Shown here in pieces: positions 48,760 through 61,620 of a DNA stretch of 64,000 nucleotides; position 1 is the stretch's first letter; each line of letters begins with the position of its first letter. The stretch comes from Heterodontus francisci. Taxonomy: Eukaryota. Position numbers and translations under genes: made by a program. The notes beneath the pieces are model-generated. The model saw nothing but the letters and a program-made list of their open reading frames with translations. It was not told where the DNA came from and searched no databases. Location of the stretch: NCBI RefSeq assembly GCF_036365525.1, contig NC_090404.1, forward strand, positions 12,428,550-12,492,549. Direction: 5' to 3'.

Positions 48760-49277
48760 TGTTGATAAGTGACTCTTGCACTTTCCAGCATAACCCTCTC
48801 CCCCAGCAGAACTGAACACTGGTTAGAAAGTGGGATGCCCTCTGGGGACTCCTGCACTACCTACTTGTCTGTCTGGCAGCCACCCAGTCCTTCTCTGTCT
48901 GTGCTCTCTTAAGCTCCAGGATGACTACTTCCTGAAACGTGCTATCCACGTAGTTCTCTGCCTCACAGATATGTCAGAGTGACTCCAGCTGCTGCTCGAA
49001 TTCTGAAACCCAGAGATCAAGCTTCTGCAGCCAGTGACACTTGGTGCAGATGTGTTTGTCAAGGACACACGGTGCGTCCACGACTTCCCACTTGCCACAG
49101 GAGGCACATTCCACTTGGCCGAGCTGCCCTGCCATTACTTAGCTTTACAAATTAACTATTGCTAATGCAATAAGTGGATTAACTTACTAGTTACTAGCCA
49201 ATCAGCTTCTTCCCCTGTAACATGAAGGCTGAAAAGGCAGAAAGGAAAGGAAAGACTGCAAACAGCACCTCCTTCCC

Positions 49278-49622
49278 GCACAGTGGCACAGTGGCAAGCA
49301 CTGCAGCCTCACAGTTCCAGCGACCCATGTTCAGTTCTGGGTACTGCCTGTGTGGAGTTTGCAAGTTCTCCCTGTAACCGCGTGGGTTTCTGCTGGGTGC
49401 TCTGGTATCCTCCCACAGCCAAAGACATGCAGGTTGATAGGTAAATTGGCCATTGTAAATTGCCACTAGTGCAGGTAGGTGGTAGGCGATTTGAGGGAAG
49501 AGGGGATGTGGTGTGGAATATGGGATTAATGTAGGATTAGTATAAATGGGTGGTTGATGTTCAGCACAGACTCAGTGGGCTGAAGGGCCTGTCTCAGTGC
49601 TGCATCTCTCTATTCACTCTAT
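49278..49622 (+). mobile_element. tRNA-derived SINE (HE1-like), older copy
   Basis: Same family on the plus strand, more diverged. Confidence 0.85.
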
Positions 49623-49899
49623 TCCACTCGATACTCAGTAGCCTCTCTGTGTCCAAACTGCACTAATCGAATTAGTAATTATTAATAAATTACACGAATT
49701 CAAACAAAGCCTTAGTGGCACTAACCTTATCACTTACAAGGTAGCTATTTGAGTGTTTAAAAAAAATTCTTCCTGATTTTTAAGCTATTTAGAGGTTACT
49801 TATTGTTACTTACCAACCAATCTGCTTACAGATCTCCTGTAATGTCACTGGTAGTTGTTTTCATCTTTTGAAACCCAGCATGTGCCGACACAGCAAGAG

Positions 49900-50600
49900 A
49901 GCCTATCGCCAACTGCCGCTGCTCCGGTCTCAGGTAGGTGTAGGCTACGAGCCCCACTCTTTATTTCCACAAGTACCGTTCTGGATCCGCCTACTCTCAG
50001 GTCCGCCATCGGCTGCTGCTGCTCCAGTCTAAGGAGGGAAGGGCCTCAAGCCCTGCTTTTTATTTCCACATGTCCCACTCTGAATCCAACTCCTCCCAGG
50101 TCCTCTGCCAAATGCTGCTGCTCCAGTTTAAGCTAGGTGTAGGCCTTGAGCCACACTTTTTATTTCCACAGGTCCTACCCTGCATCTGCCTCCTCCCAGG
50201 TCCACCGCTGACAGCCGCTGCTCTGGTCTAAAGTAAGTGTAGGCCTCGAGCCCCACTCTTTATTTCCACAGGTTTCCCTCTGGATTCGCCTCTTCCCAGG
50301 TCTGCCGCTCAAGTCTAAATTCGGTGTAGGCATCACACCCTGCTCTTTATTTCCACAGGTCCCACTCTGCATCCACATCTTCCCAGATCCTCTGCCAAAT
50401 GTCACTGCTCCGGTCCAAGCTAGGTGTAGGCCTTGAGCCTCGCTTTTTATTTCCACAGGTCCCGCTCTGGATCTGCCTCTTTCAGGTCTGCCGCTGACAG
50501 CTGCTGCTCCAGTCGAAGGTAGGCGTAGGCCCCGAGCCCCGCTCTTTATTTCTGCAGGTCCCGCTCGAGATCCGCCTCCTCCCAGGTCTGCTGCTCTGTT
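49900..50600 (+). repeat. ~85-100-bp minisatellite, left part (~7 units)
   Basis: Recurring AGGTGTAGGCCTCGAGCCCCACTCTTTATTTCCACAGGTCC. Confidence 0.9.
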
Positions 50601-50602
50601 CT

Positions 50603-53600
50603 TTTAAAATTAGAACATTACAGCACAGTACAGGCCCTTTGGCCCTCGATGTTGTGCCGACCTGTGAAACCATCTGACCTACACTATTCCATTTTCATCC
50701 ATATGTCTATCCAACGACCACTTAAATGCCCTTAAAGTTGGCGAGTCAACTACTTTTGCAGGCAGGGCGTTCCACGCCCCTACTACTCTCTGAGTAAAGA
50801 AACTACCTCTGACATCTGTCCTATATCTATCACCCCTCAACTTAAAGCTATGTCCCCTCGTGTTTGCCATCACCATCCGAGGAAAAAGACTCTCACTATC
50901 CACCCTATCTAACCCTCTGATTATCTTATATGTCTCTATTACGTCACCTCTCCTCCTCCTTCTCTCCAACGAAAACAACCTCAAGTCCCTCAGCCTTTCC
51001 TCGTAAGACCTTCCCTCCATACAAGGCAAAATCCCAGTAAATCTCCTCTGCACCCTTTCCATAGCTTCCACATCCTTCCTATAATGTGGTGACCAGAACT
51101 GCACGCAATACTCCAGGTGCGGTCTCACCAGAGTTTTGTACAGCTGCAGCATGACCTCGTGGCTCCAAAGCTCGACCCCCCTACTAATAAAAGCTAACAC
51201 ACCATATGCCTTCTTAACAGCCCTATTAACTTGGGTAGCAACCTTCAGGGATTTATGCACCTGGACACCAAGATCTCTCTGTTCATCTACACTACCAAGA
51301 ATCTTCCCATTAGCCCAGTACTCTGCATTCCTGTTACTCCTTCCAAAGTGAATCACATCGCACTTTTGCGCATTAAACTCCATTTGCCATCTCAGCCCAG
51401 CTCTGCAGCCTATCTATGTCCCTCTGTACCCTACAACATCCTTCGGCACTATCCACAACTCCACCAACCTTAGTGTCATCAACAAATTTATTAACCCACC
51501 CTTCTACACCCTCTTCGAGGTCATTTATAAAAATGACAAACAGCAGTGGCCCCAAAACAGATCCTTGCGGTACACCACTAGTAACTAAACTCCAGGATGA
51601 ACATTTGCCATCAACCACCACCCTCTGTCTTCTTTCAGCTAGCCAATTTCTGATCCAAAGCTCTAAATCACCTTCAACCCCATACTTGCGTATTTTCTGC
51701 AATAGCCTACCGTGGGGAACCTTATCAAACGCCTTACTGAAATCCATATACACCACATCCACTGCTTTACCCTCATCCACCTGTTTGGTCACCTTCTCGA
51801 AAAACTCAATAAGGTTTGTGAGGCACGACCTACCCTTCACAAAACCGTGCTGACTATCGCTAATGAACTTATTCTTTTCAAGATGATTATAAATCCTGTC
51901 TCTTATAACCTTTTCCAACATTTTACCCACAACCGAAATAAGGCTCACAGGTCTATAATTACCAGGGCTGTCTCTACTCCCCTTCTTGAACAAGGGGACA
52001 ACATTTGCTATCCTCCAGTCTTCCGGCACTATTCCTGTTGACAATGACGACATAAAGATCAAGGACAAAGACTCTACAATCTCCTCCCTAACTTCCCAGA
52101 GAATCCTAGGATAAATCCCATCTGGCCCAGGGGACTTATCTATTTTCACACTTTCCAAAATTGCTAACACCTCCTCCTTGTGAACCTCAATCCCATCTAG
52201 CCTAGTAGCCTGAATCTCAGTATTCTCCTCGACAACATTTTCTTTCTCTACTGTAAATACTGACGCAAAATATTCATTTAACGCTTCCCCTATCTCCCCT
52301 GATTCCACACACAACTTTCCACTACCTCCTTGATTGGCCCTAATCTAACTCTAGTCATTCTTTTATTCCTGATATACCGATAGAAAGCCTTAGGGTTTTC
52401 CCTGAACCTATCCGCCAATGACTTCTCGTGTCCTCTCCTTGCTCTTCTTAGCTCTCCCTTTAGATCCTTCCTGGCTAGCTTGTAACTCTCAAGCGCCCTA
52501 ACTGAGCCTTCACGTCTCATCCTAACATAAGCCGCCTTCTTCCTCTTGACAAGCGCTTCAACTTCTTTAGTAAACCACGGCTCCCTCGCTCGACAACTTC
52601 CTCCCTGCCTCACAGGTACATACTTATCAAGGACACGCAGTAGCTGCTCTTTGAATAAGCTCCACATTTCGATTGTTCCCATCCCCTGCAGTTTCCTTCC
52701 CCATCCTACGCTTCCTAAATCTTGCCTAATCGCATCATAATTTCCTTTCCCCCAGCTATAATTCTTGCCCTGCGGTATATACCTGTCCCTGCCCATCACT
52801 AAGGTAAACCTAACCGAATTGTGATCACTATCACCAAAGTGCTCACCTGCATCTAAATCTAACACCTGGCCGGGTTCATTACGCAGTACCAAATCCAATG
52901 TGGCATCGCCCCTGGTTGGCCTGTCTACATACTGTGTCAGAAAACCCTCCTGCACACACTGGACAAAAACTGACCCATCTAAAGTACGCGAACTATAGTA
53001 TTTCCAGTCGATATTTGGAAAGTTAAAGTCCCCCATAACAACTACCCTGTTACTCTTGCCCCTGTCGAGAATCATCTTCGCTATCCTTTCCTCTACATCT
53101 CTGGAACTATTTGGAGGTCTATAAAAGACTCCTAGCGGGGTGACCTCACCTCTCCTGTTTCTAACCTCGGCCCATACTACCTCAGTAGACGAGTCCTCAA
53201 ACGTCCTTTTTGTCGCTGTAATACTCTCCTTGATTAACAATGCCACACCCACCCCCCCCCCCCCCTCTTTTACCATCTTCTCTGTTCTTACTGAAACATC
53301 TAAATCCCAGAACCTGCAACATCCATTCCTGCCCCTGCTCTACCCATGTCTCCGAAATGGCCACTACATCGAGATCCCAGGTACCAACCCATGCTGCAAG
53401 TTCACCCACCTTATTCCGGATGCTCCTGGCGTTGAAGTAGACACACTGTAAACCAGGTTCTTGCTTGCCAGTGCCCTCTTGCGTCCTTGTAACCTTATCC
53501 CTGACCTCACTACTCTCAACATCCTGTACACTGGAACTACAATTTAGGTTCCCATCCCCCTGCTGAATTAGCTTAAACCCCCCGAAGAGCACTAGCAAAT

Positions 53601-54850
53601 CTCCCCCCCCCAGGATATTGGTACCCCTCTGGTTCAGGTGAAGACCATCCTGTTTGTAGAGGTCCCACCTACCCCAGAAAGAGCCCCAGTTATCCAGGAA
53701 ACCAAAACCCTCCCTCCTACACCATCCCTGCAGCCACGTGTTCAACTCCTCTCTCTCCCTATTCCTCGCTTCGCTATCACGTGGTACGGGCAACAACCCA
53801 GAGATAACAACTCTGTTTGTTCTTGCTCTAAGTTTCCACCCTAGCTCCCTGAATTTCTGTCTTAAATCCCCATCTCTCTTCCTACCTATGTCGTTGGTGC
53901 CTATGTGGACCACGACTTGGGGCTGCACCCCCTCCCCCTTAAGGATCCCAAAAACACGATCCGATACATCACGAACCCTGGCACCTGGGAGGCAACATAC
54001 CAACCGTGAGTCTCTCTCGTTCCCACAGAACCTCCTATCTGTTCCCCTAACTATGGAGTCCCCAATGACGAATGCTCTGCTCCTCTTCCCCTTTCCCTTC
54101 TGAGCAACAGGGACAGACTCTGTGCCAGATACCTGTACCCCATTGCTTACCCCTGGTAAGTCGTCCCCCGCAACAGTATCCAAAACAGTTTACCTGTTGT
54201 TGAGGGAAACGGCCACAGGGGATCCCTGCACTGCCTGCTGGTTCCCTCTCCTTCCCCTGACGGTAACCCATCTACCTACTTCTTTTACCTGAGGTGTGAC
54301 TACATCCCCATAACTCCTTTCAATAACCCCATCCGCCTCCCGAATGATCCGAAGTTCATCCAGCTCCAGTTCCCTAACGCGGTTCTCGAGTAGCTGGAGT
54401 TGGGTGCACTTCCCGCAGATGCAGTCAGCAGGGACACTCTTGGCGACCCTTACCTCCCACATTCTGCAGGAGGAACATACAACTGCCTTAACCTCCATTC
54501 CCTCTATTCTAAATTCCCAACAAATCTACTGAAAAACCAAAAAAAAAAATTGTCAGAACTTGTTAGGTTAGCAATCCAACGGACAGAACTTCTTAAATAA
54601 AAAGCTTACCTTAGCAACACAACAGAGTCCTTTTTTTTTGGTTAGAGGAGGAGGGTAGGTGGGAGACCCTACACGCGTGCTGTCTCGGGTACAGCCACCA
54701 CCCAAATATATAGTTTTTACTTACCCTGCAGTCCCCTGGTCCTCCGAAAACAAAAGGGAATTAACTTCTAAACTTCCACTGAAATTGACTTCCCAGCTGT
54801 TAGCTCGCTCTCGCACCTCCGCTACAGTCAAGCTGCAGTCACCAAAACCC
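50603..54850 (-). mobile_element. essentially full-length young CR1 LINE (5' UTR, ORF1 zinc finger + SGNH esterase, ORF2 with a few frameshifts)
   Basis: ORFs 54190-54498, 53197-54183, 52290-53276, 51373-52314 and 50679-51383; same family as 9803-13248; inserted within the minisatellite. Confidence 0.95.
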
Positions 54851-55240
54851 TAAGGTAGGTGCAGGCCTCGAGCTCTGCTCTTTAATTCCACAGATACCAC
54901 TCTGTATCTGTCTCCTCCCAGGTCCTCCGACAAATGCCGCTGCTCTGGTCTAATCTAGGTGTAGGCCTTGAGCCTCGCTTTTTATTTCCACAGGTCCCAC
55001 CCCGGGTCTGCCACCGACAGCTGCTGCTCCAGTCTAAGGTAGGCATAGGCCTCGAGCCCCACTCTTTATTTCGATAGGTCCAACTCAAGATCCGCCTCCA
55101 GCCAGGTCCATTGCAGACTGCCGCTGCTCTGCTCGAAGGTAGCAAAGGGCCTCAAGCCCCACTCTTTATTTGTCCAGGTCCTACTCTGGGATCCGCCTCC
55201 TCCCATGTCCACCGCTGACTGCTGCTGCTCTGGTCTAAGG
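54851..55240 (+). repeat. ~85-100-bp minisatellite, right part (~4 units)
   Basis: Same unit as 49900-50600. Confidence 0.9.
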
Positions 55241-56235
55241 GTTCCTGTGTAACCCTGCCCCTCAGTGCTAGTTCCTGTGTCTACATGCTCATAGTGTGCG
55301 TTCCTGTGTATACATGCACCGCAGTTTGAGTTCCTGTGTATCCCCTTCCCGCACTTCTAATTCCTGGGTATACCTTCCCTGCAATGCGAGTTCCTGTGTA
55401 TACCTGCCCCACCGTGTGAGTTCCTGTGTATCCCCGCCCCACAGTGCTAGTTGCTCTGTATACCTGCCTGTGTATCCCTGCCCTGCAGTGCTAGATCCTG
55501 TGTATAATTGTCCCACAGTGCTAGTTCCCCTGTATACCTGCCCCGCAGGGCTAGTTCCTGTGTATATCTGCCCCGCAGCCCGAGTTCGTGGGTATCTCTG
55601 CCGGGCAGTGCTAGTTCCTGTGTATACCTGCCCAGCAGAGCTAGTCCCTGTGTATCCTCGCCCCGCAGTGCTAGTTCCTGTGTATACCTGTCCCACAGTG
55701 CTAGTTCTCCTATATACCTGCCCCGCAGGGCTCGTTCCTGTGTCTCTCTGCTCTGCCGTGCCAGTTCCTGGGTACCACTGGCCCACAGTGCTAGTTCCTG
55801 GGCATTTCCTGCCCACAGATCTGGTTCCTGTGTATACCTGCCCTACAGTTCAATTCCTGTGTATATCTGCCCCATTGCCCTAGTTCCTGGGTATCTCTGC
55901 CCCACAATGCTAGTTCCTGTGTATACCTGCCCCACCATGCTAGTTCTTGGGTATACCTGCCCCGCAGTGCTAGTTCTTGGGTATATCTGCCCTGCAGTAC
56001 TAGTTCCTGTGCATATTTGTCCCGCAGTGCTAGTTCATAGGTACATCAGCCCCGAAGAACTAGCTCCTGGGTATATCTGCCCCGCAGTGAATAGGATCCC
56101 GGGTATCTCTGCTGCGCAGTGCTAGTTCCTGGGTATACCTGCCCTGCAATGCTATGCCCTGTGTATACCTGCCCTGCAATGCTATGCCCTGTGTATACCT
56201 GCCCCGCAGTGCTAGTTCCTGTGTAAACCTGTCCA
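55241..56235 (+). repeat. 30-bp minisatellite (~33 units)
   Basis: Unit CAGTGCTAGTTCCTGTGTATACCTGCCCCG. Confidence 0.95.
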
Positions 56236-56677
56236 GCTTCGGTTGTCAGAACTGAAACATGGTGAATTGGTCCATGAATCTCACATCCTGGAATCGTGAT
56301 TTTGAGAATGTGCGGTTGAGACGATGCGAACCCACTTTCATAACAAAACTCTCCCCATTGACAGGATTAGAATGGCGTTTCCCGGAGGTGGAGGGCGGCC
56401 GATTTCCATCCAAATGGATCCTATTGACAGTGATCTGATTCCGAAGACTCAGGGAAGGAAATATGAAGCTCCTTCGGCAGTTTGAAAACTTTGTAATGGA
56501 TATTTTCCCGTGTGACTTGTGTGGTTTGGAATGGTGAAATGTTTGTTACAGTGAGTGAGTGCAGAGGATTCAGTATTTCACCTTTTTCCTCAGCACTTTC
56601 TCTGAGCTGGGACCAAGAGGTTAGATGTTTATGTAGTGTTGCTGATATCAGCTTCACCTGACACGGGAAAGGTCTCT

Positions 56678-56757
56678 GGTTATTTGAGATACATTTCCTG
56701 CTGTGTGTAACAGGATGTGTTTTTTCGTAACTGTGATGAAAACAATTGTCCTTCATC
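56678..56757 (+). pseudogene. J-alpha-like pseudo-segment with 12-RSS
   Basis: GGTTATTTG, 12 bp, TGCTGTG, then CNRMCFFVTVMKTIVLH (a decayed FGTGTKxIVLP); no splice donor. Confidence 0.45.
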
Positions 56758-57582
56758 AGAACAGTTTATAAAATGCTTTGTTAAAAAGACTTCCTTGTCC
56801 ATCGAACTCTAATCACTAGACCATTAAAGAATGATATTTGCAAGCTTTGCGAACGTTGTTTTTGTAATTAAAGGTGCCGGTGGTAATTTGGATATAACTT
56901 TGACTTTTTGTGCTGGATGTAAATCTATTTCACAAGTCTGCTGCTTACAGATCCATTTACATGTGTCTATATTCCTCATTTATTTAGTCAGCTGAATCAG
57001 TCTTCATTCAGAAAGTACTTTCTACCTATTTACATCTCTCTTACTTTTCATTTATACACAAACACATTGAGAAATAACATACATATATTCAAAACTATCA
57101 CACTCATACACCGATTGGATTTGAAAGCTAAAGAAAATGCATTGCTTTGAGTTCAGCTCTCAGTGAAAATTCCATAGTCGCTTTCCATCACTTGCTATCA
57201 GCAAGACTGGAACAAATTCAGCCAGGGACTCTGAGTTTACAGCAGCAGAGATGAAGTTATTTGATGCAGGTAAAACATCATTATAATGGAGCCCCGTGTT
57301 CAGAATTGCCTTTTCTTAATACCCGCTGTACAATAGCCCCATATTGTGCATTCATATAATCAATTTCCATTCGTTCCATTGAAGCCAATAACTTAATATC
57401 TTTCGAATGGTGCATTTATTTACTGTTTTTTCTCGCTCACTTCAATTGAAATAAATACTGGTGCAAACTGACTGCATCGGAGCAGAGGTGGTAACCTTTC
57501 AGGAATAGTTTTTTGCAGCCGAAGCACACAGTGATAGCCTCAAACTGTACGGCAAAGCATGCTGACGGGGGGAGAAAACTGT

Positions 57583-57655
57583 CGGAGGCACCTTGCTTGA
57601 ACGAATAACCTTTCAGGTAACAGCCAAACGCCCTAGCCAATTGCGCCATAGAAGC
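57583..57655 (-). pseudogene. tRNA-Asn(GTT)-derived pseudogene
   Basis: GCTTCTATGGCGCAATTGGCTAGGGCGTTTGGCTGTTACCTGAAAGGTT..GTTCAAGC resembles vertebrate tRNA-Asn; T-arm and acceptor stem are broken. Confidence 0.65.
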
Positions 57656-58419
57656 TGACACGACCAAAGCTTGCAAGACACTCCAAAGTAGCGTGTCAGT
57701 AAATTAAAATTTCAGTTGTGCGCTTTGTATAATCCTGGCAGAGATCAGCTTTTCCAGAAAGCTGCTGCAGGATCATTCCTGGGGGTTTTACTGCCATCTG
57801 ATGGAATAGATCAGAATTTCTCCCCAGCCAATTTTCCTGCCATCGGAGAAATATTGTCTCCGAATTTCCTTTGTAAGGCATCCAGAAGGAGACAACACCA
57901 AAATGATTGTGGAAATTAAACAGTTGTATTTCGTACAAAATAAAGCCAATTTAACAGTGGTCAGATGAGCAAACAAAAAAATCTTAAATCGAAGCAAAAT
58001 ACTGCGGATGCTGGAAATCTGAAATAAAAACAAGAAACGCTGGAAATGCTCAGCGAGTCTGTAAATTGATACAACAGGGCGGAGATTTTCAATGGTGTGC
58101 GTGTGAGGACAGTGTGTGATACAGAGAGAATCCATGAGGAGGAAGATTGTTAAAGGTGTGTGTGTGAGAGAGGACAGATTGTGATTCAGGGATCCTCACT
58201 CAGCCTCTGCACTGAACAACTTCTGCTCAGTAATTTCAACCTCCATTCTATCTCTTCTCTCTCACTCTCCTCTAATCTCACTACCCTCCGCTCCAACCTA
58301 AATCTCTCCCCTGACATATAAAATCTCGGCCATATTTCCACCCTATCCCAGACCTCCACCCTCCCCTTTCTCCCTGCCTCTGGACTCACATTCAACCTGT
58401 TACATGTCGAACCTTAAAG

Positions 58420-58730
58420 TAAAAGCAAAATAGTGCAGCTGCTGGAAATCTGAAATAAAAACAAGAAATGCTGAAGATACTCTGCAGCTCTGGCAGCATC
58501 TGTGGAGAGAGAAACTGAGTTAATGTTTCAGGTCAGTCACCCATCATCAGAACTGTGTATTTCCATCAGTTCTTGGTTTTTTTTACATCTCTAACCTTTA
58601 TCCAGTTCTGAAGAAAGGCCACCTACCTGAAGTGTTTCTACAGATTTGCTATCAGACCTGCTGAGGATTTCCAGCATTTTCTGTTTTCATTTCAGATTCC
58701 TAGCTTCCGCAGTGCATTGGCTTTTGCGCT
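58420..58730. mobile_element. Penelope-associated terminal-repeat fragments in inverted arrangement, with decayed hammerhead motifs (58518-58554 minus; 58604-58632 plus)
   Basis: Same sequence family as 7840-7960 and 16135-16240. Confidence 0.6.
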
Positions 58731-61429
58731 CAAATGGTTGAACGATCATCTCTAGGCACCTACCATTAGACCCAGCTCCCCAAGGAAAGAGGCTTCATTC
58801 AGGACATGGCAGAAGGTCCATCACCCCTCCCGGATTCAGTCAGATTCAGTTTGGACTCTCCCATACCTGGGGGACAAGCTGCTACCTGGTAGGTGACTCA
58901 CTCTGGGCTGGGTGGAGTGTGGTTTGAGTGACAGGACTCATGCTATATCAGGACTAGTCAGAGCCCTTGTTCCATCTTTTATTCCTGGAATGGACAGATG
59001 CAGTCAGGTTGGTGAAGGTCTCTGGTTTTCAAATCTGTCTCAACAGGTATTTTAAGTATGTTGTGGGTCTGCGTGCGTTTGTGTGTCTCTGAATCGTGTT
59101 GTGAGACTGTGTGAGTTTGTGAGTGTGTCTCTGGGACTGTGTGAGTTTCGGTGTATCTGAATCTTACACTTTGAACTGCTTCCCCCACCCCACTCCAATC
59201 CCAGTATAATTACCCTCGTCATATGACTTGATGCAATAGTGTAAACTGGGTGGTTGTGAACCAGCCGCTCGGTTCACATCTCTGCCCTGTTCTTACATTA
59301 ACGCGAGTAAAACTCGGGAGAGATGGAAAGCAGGATCCCGGTTCATTATCACCTGTACAACAACACGGCACTGAGTCCAAATCTCCCCCCAGTGAGAGGC
59401 ACTGAGACACAGTAACTAGAGATCCAGGGAGAAGGACAGAACTGAGTGAGAGAGAAATAAACAGAGAGGGAGGGAGGAACGAGTGGGAGGAACTGAGAGC
59501 GGAAGGCTGAGATACCGAACAATCGACATGCACACGTATGGAGAGGCAGAGAGAGAAAGGATGTCGAGAGATAGAGAGGCAGAGATGTGAAGAGAGACGT
59601 GGAGATGCTGAGATATGAACAGCCAGGGAGGTGCAGAGATAAAGTTGCAGGAAGACATGGAGAGGGTGAAATATACAGGTTACATTGGGGGTTCTGGAGC
59701 AGCGGTTCTCAACCTTTGTGTTTCCTCCCGTTAATCAAAATATTTCAAAATCCCGAAAACATTTTCTTTAGGGAAAAATGAGTGACGTATATCTTTATTA
59801 TTATTTCCCTCTGCAAGACTCTCTTGTCCAAGGTTTCCTCTTGCGAAAACACACACTCTCTGCATTGACATGTTGCAACTCATAACAAATTTGCTGTCGA
59901 AAGAGAAATAAAACCTTGAAGTAAACCAGGCAAAACGTTAAAATAAAAGTCACTGCGAGATCCCAGAATACTTTTTCTCTCTGTCACTCACTAACATGGG
60001 CAATCTCAGCAACACCATTTACACATTCCCCTCCATAAAGAGGGAACAAATTAAAAATATGAGAGGGGCTATTAGATGCTGAGATCTTGCCCATTATCAT
60101 GTTAATCCAGGTACCATGGCTGCTTTGACCAGAGACATTCCAGGGAGCTGCTTTTTGATGATCTGTGAACATATCCCGACGACAAGGCCATTGTTGAGAA
60201 CATTTGATGCATCTTGCAGCTAATTAACAGGAGCACAATGACATGACTAGGTGCCAGTCTGTCCTGAACACACACAAGAAATAGGAGCAGACGTAGACCA
60301 TATGGCCCATTGAGCCTGCTCCACCATTCAATCTTGGCCTTCATTTTCACTTTCCTGCCCGTTCCCCATATGCCTTGATTTCCCCGTGAGACCAGAAATC
60401 TTATCCTTGCTGAAAAACTGCCTTAAGTTGTTAATTCCTCATCATTGTCCCAGGATTTATAATGACAAATCAGACCTTCAGGAAAGGGCTGAGAAGTGGG
60501 ATCTTCCTTACAAAAGCTGAGAGCTGGGCTGTCTCTAAACATTGGAGACCCCGAGAGCCTGTCTCTTTCCTTCTCTGTTTAACCTGTAATTTCAGTTTGA
60601 TTCTATTCGTCTATTTCTCTCTGTGTCTCACCATTTGTTTATGCCTCGTTGTTGAATCACACTAGTGACCCCCATCCCTCTCCTGTTCAATATCCATGTA
60701 CGCACTCAGTCCAGGATTGGTGTTTTGTGCATTCAATGTATCAGTGGGAAGAAGCTGTGGATTCCTTCAGCAGCCCTTTTAAAATCACTGGCCCGGGATT
60801 TATTTGCGCAAATCAGCCCTTCTGAAATGGTGTGGCTGAGGGGATTTACTCCAGAGGTGGTAATACGGGCAGTGCCGACACACTGGAGATCCCCAGATCC
60901 TGTGTCGCTTCATCCCCCTATCCCTCTGTTTTGCTGTCTCTCCCACTGTTTCCCTCACGCTCTACTTTCTCTCTTTGTCTCTTCCGTTTCTCCCATTCAG
61001 AGAGCGAATGAAATGCACGACCAGCCACTAAGTAAAATGAGTTAAAATGGCGGCTGCTCCCTGCATTTATACTTCAAATTTCATCGCACTGACTCCAACA
61101 TAAACATTATTCAGGAATTATAAAAAATCTTGTGAAAACACTCCTGACGTTGTGAAATTAGAAAATCAATTAATTTTTGAAACGCAATAATTGTTGCAAA
61201 GCCCAAAACTCTGAAGGCAATTTGTGCACAGCAAGATCCCACAAATACCAATATAATCGCAGTCAAATAAATCTGTTTTCGGTTGGAATTGATTGAAAGT
61301 CAAGGCAGAAATATTTTAAAACCAAATAGCGCTGCAAGACCCCAGGATCCCTTTCTCTGCTGTACAGACAATTTCTCAGCAACATCCAAATGCAAGTCAC
61401 ACTTAAAAACCAGGGGCTTAAAGGATTAA

Positions 61430-61620
61430 CACCATCTGTGGAGAGAGAAGCAAAGTTAACGTTTCAGCTCTGACCTTTCATCAGAACTGCTGACAGTTCT
61501 GAAATTCACAGAGATGAAACGTTAACTTTGTTTCTCTCTCCACAGATGCTGCCATACCTGCTGAGTATTTGCTGCACTTTGTGTTTTTGTTTCAGTTTTC
61601 CAGCATTTGCAGTTTTTGCT
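61430..61620. mobile_element. fold-back pair of Penelope-associated terminal repeats; hammerhead motif at 61454-61488 (minus)
   Basis: CATCTGTGGAGAGAGAA..GTTAACGTTTCA is mirrored by TGAAACGTTAAC..TTCTCTCTCCACAGATG. Confidence 0.65.

Larger units (their letters stand above)
44280..49200 (-). mobile_element. degenerate near-full-length CR1 LINE with nested insertions
   Basis: ORF1 (47848-48402; zinc-finger region ~48925-49135) and ORF2 fragments 44362-47700. Confidence 0.9.

Noticed and set aside
49900-55240. Donor-like (AG|GTAGGT) and acceptor-like (TTTATTTCCACAG|G) motifs in each ~100-bp unit
   Set aside because: Only ~39 nt apart, too short for a vertebrate intron, with no consistent exon frame.
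55440-55790. Several CACAGTG heptamers in the 30-bp minisatellite
   Set aside because: No nonamer at 12 or 23 bp; they arise by a single-base change from the unit's CGCAGTG.
55289-56125. Long Cys/Pro/Val- or Gly/Thr-rich ORFs
   Set aside because: Translations of the 30-bp minisatellite.
60665-61045. 126-aa ORF containing GFTPEVV, reminiscent of a TCR constant domain
   Set aside because: Lacks the canonical Cys and Trp spacing; a single short motif is not enough.
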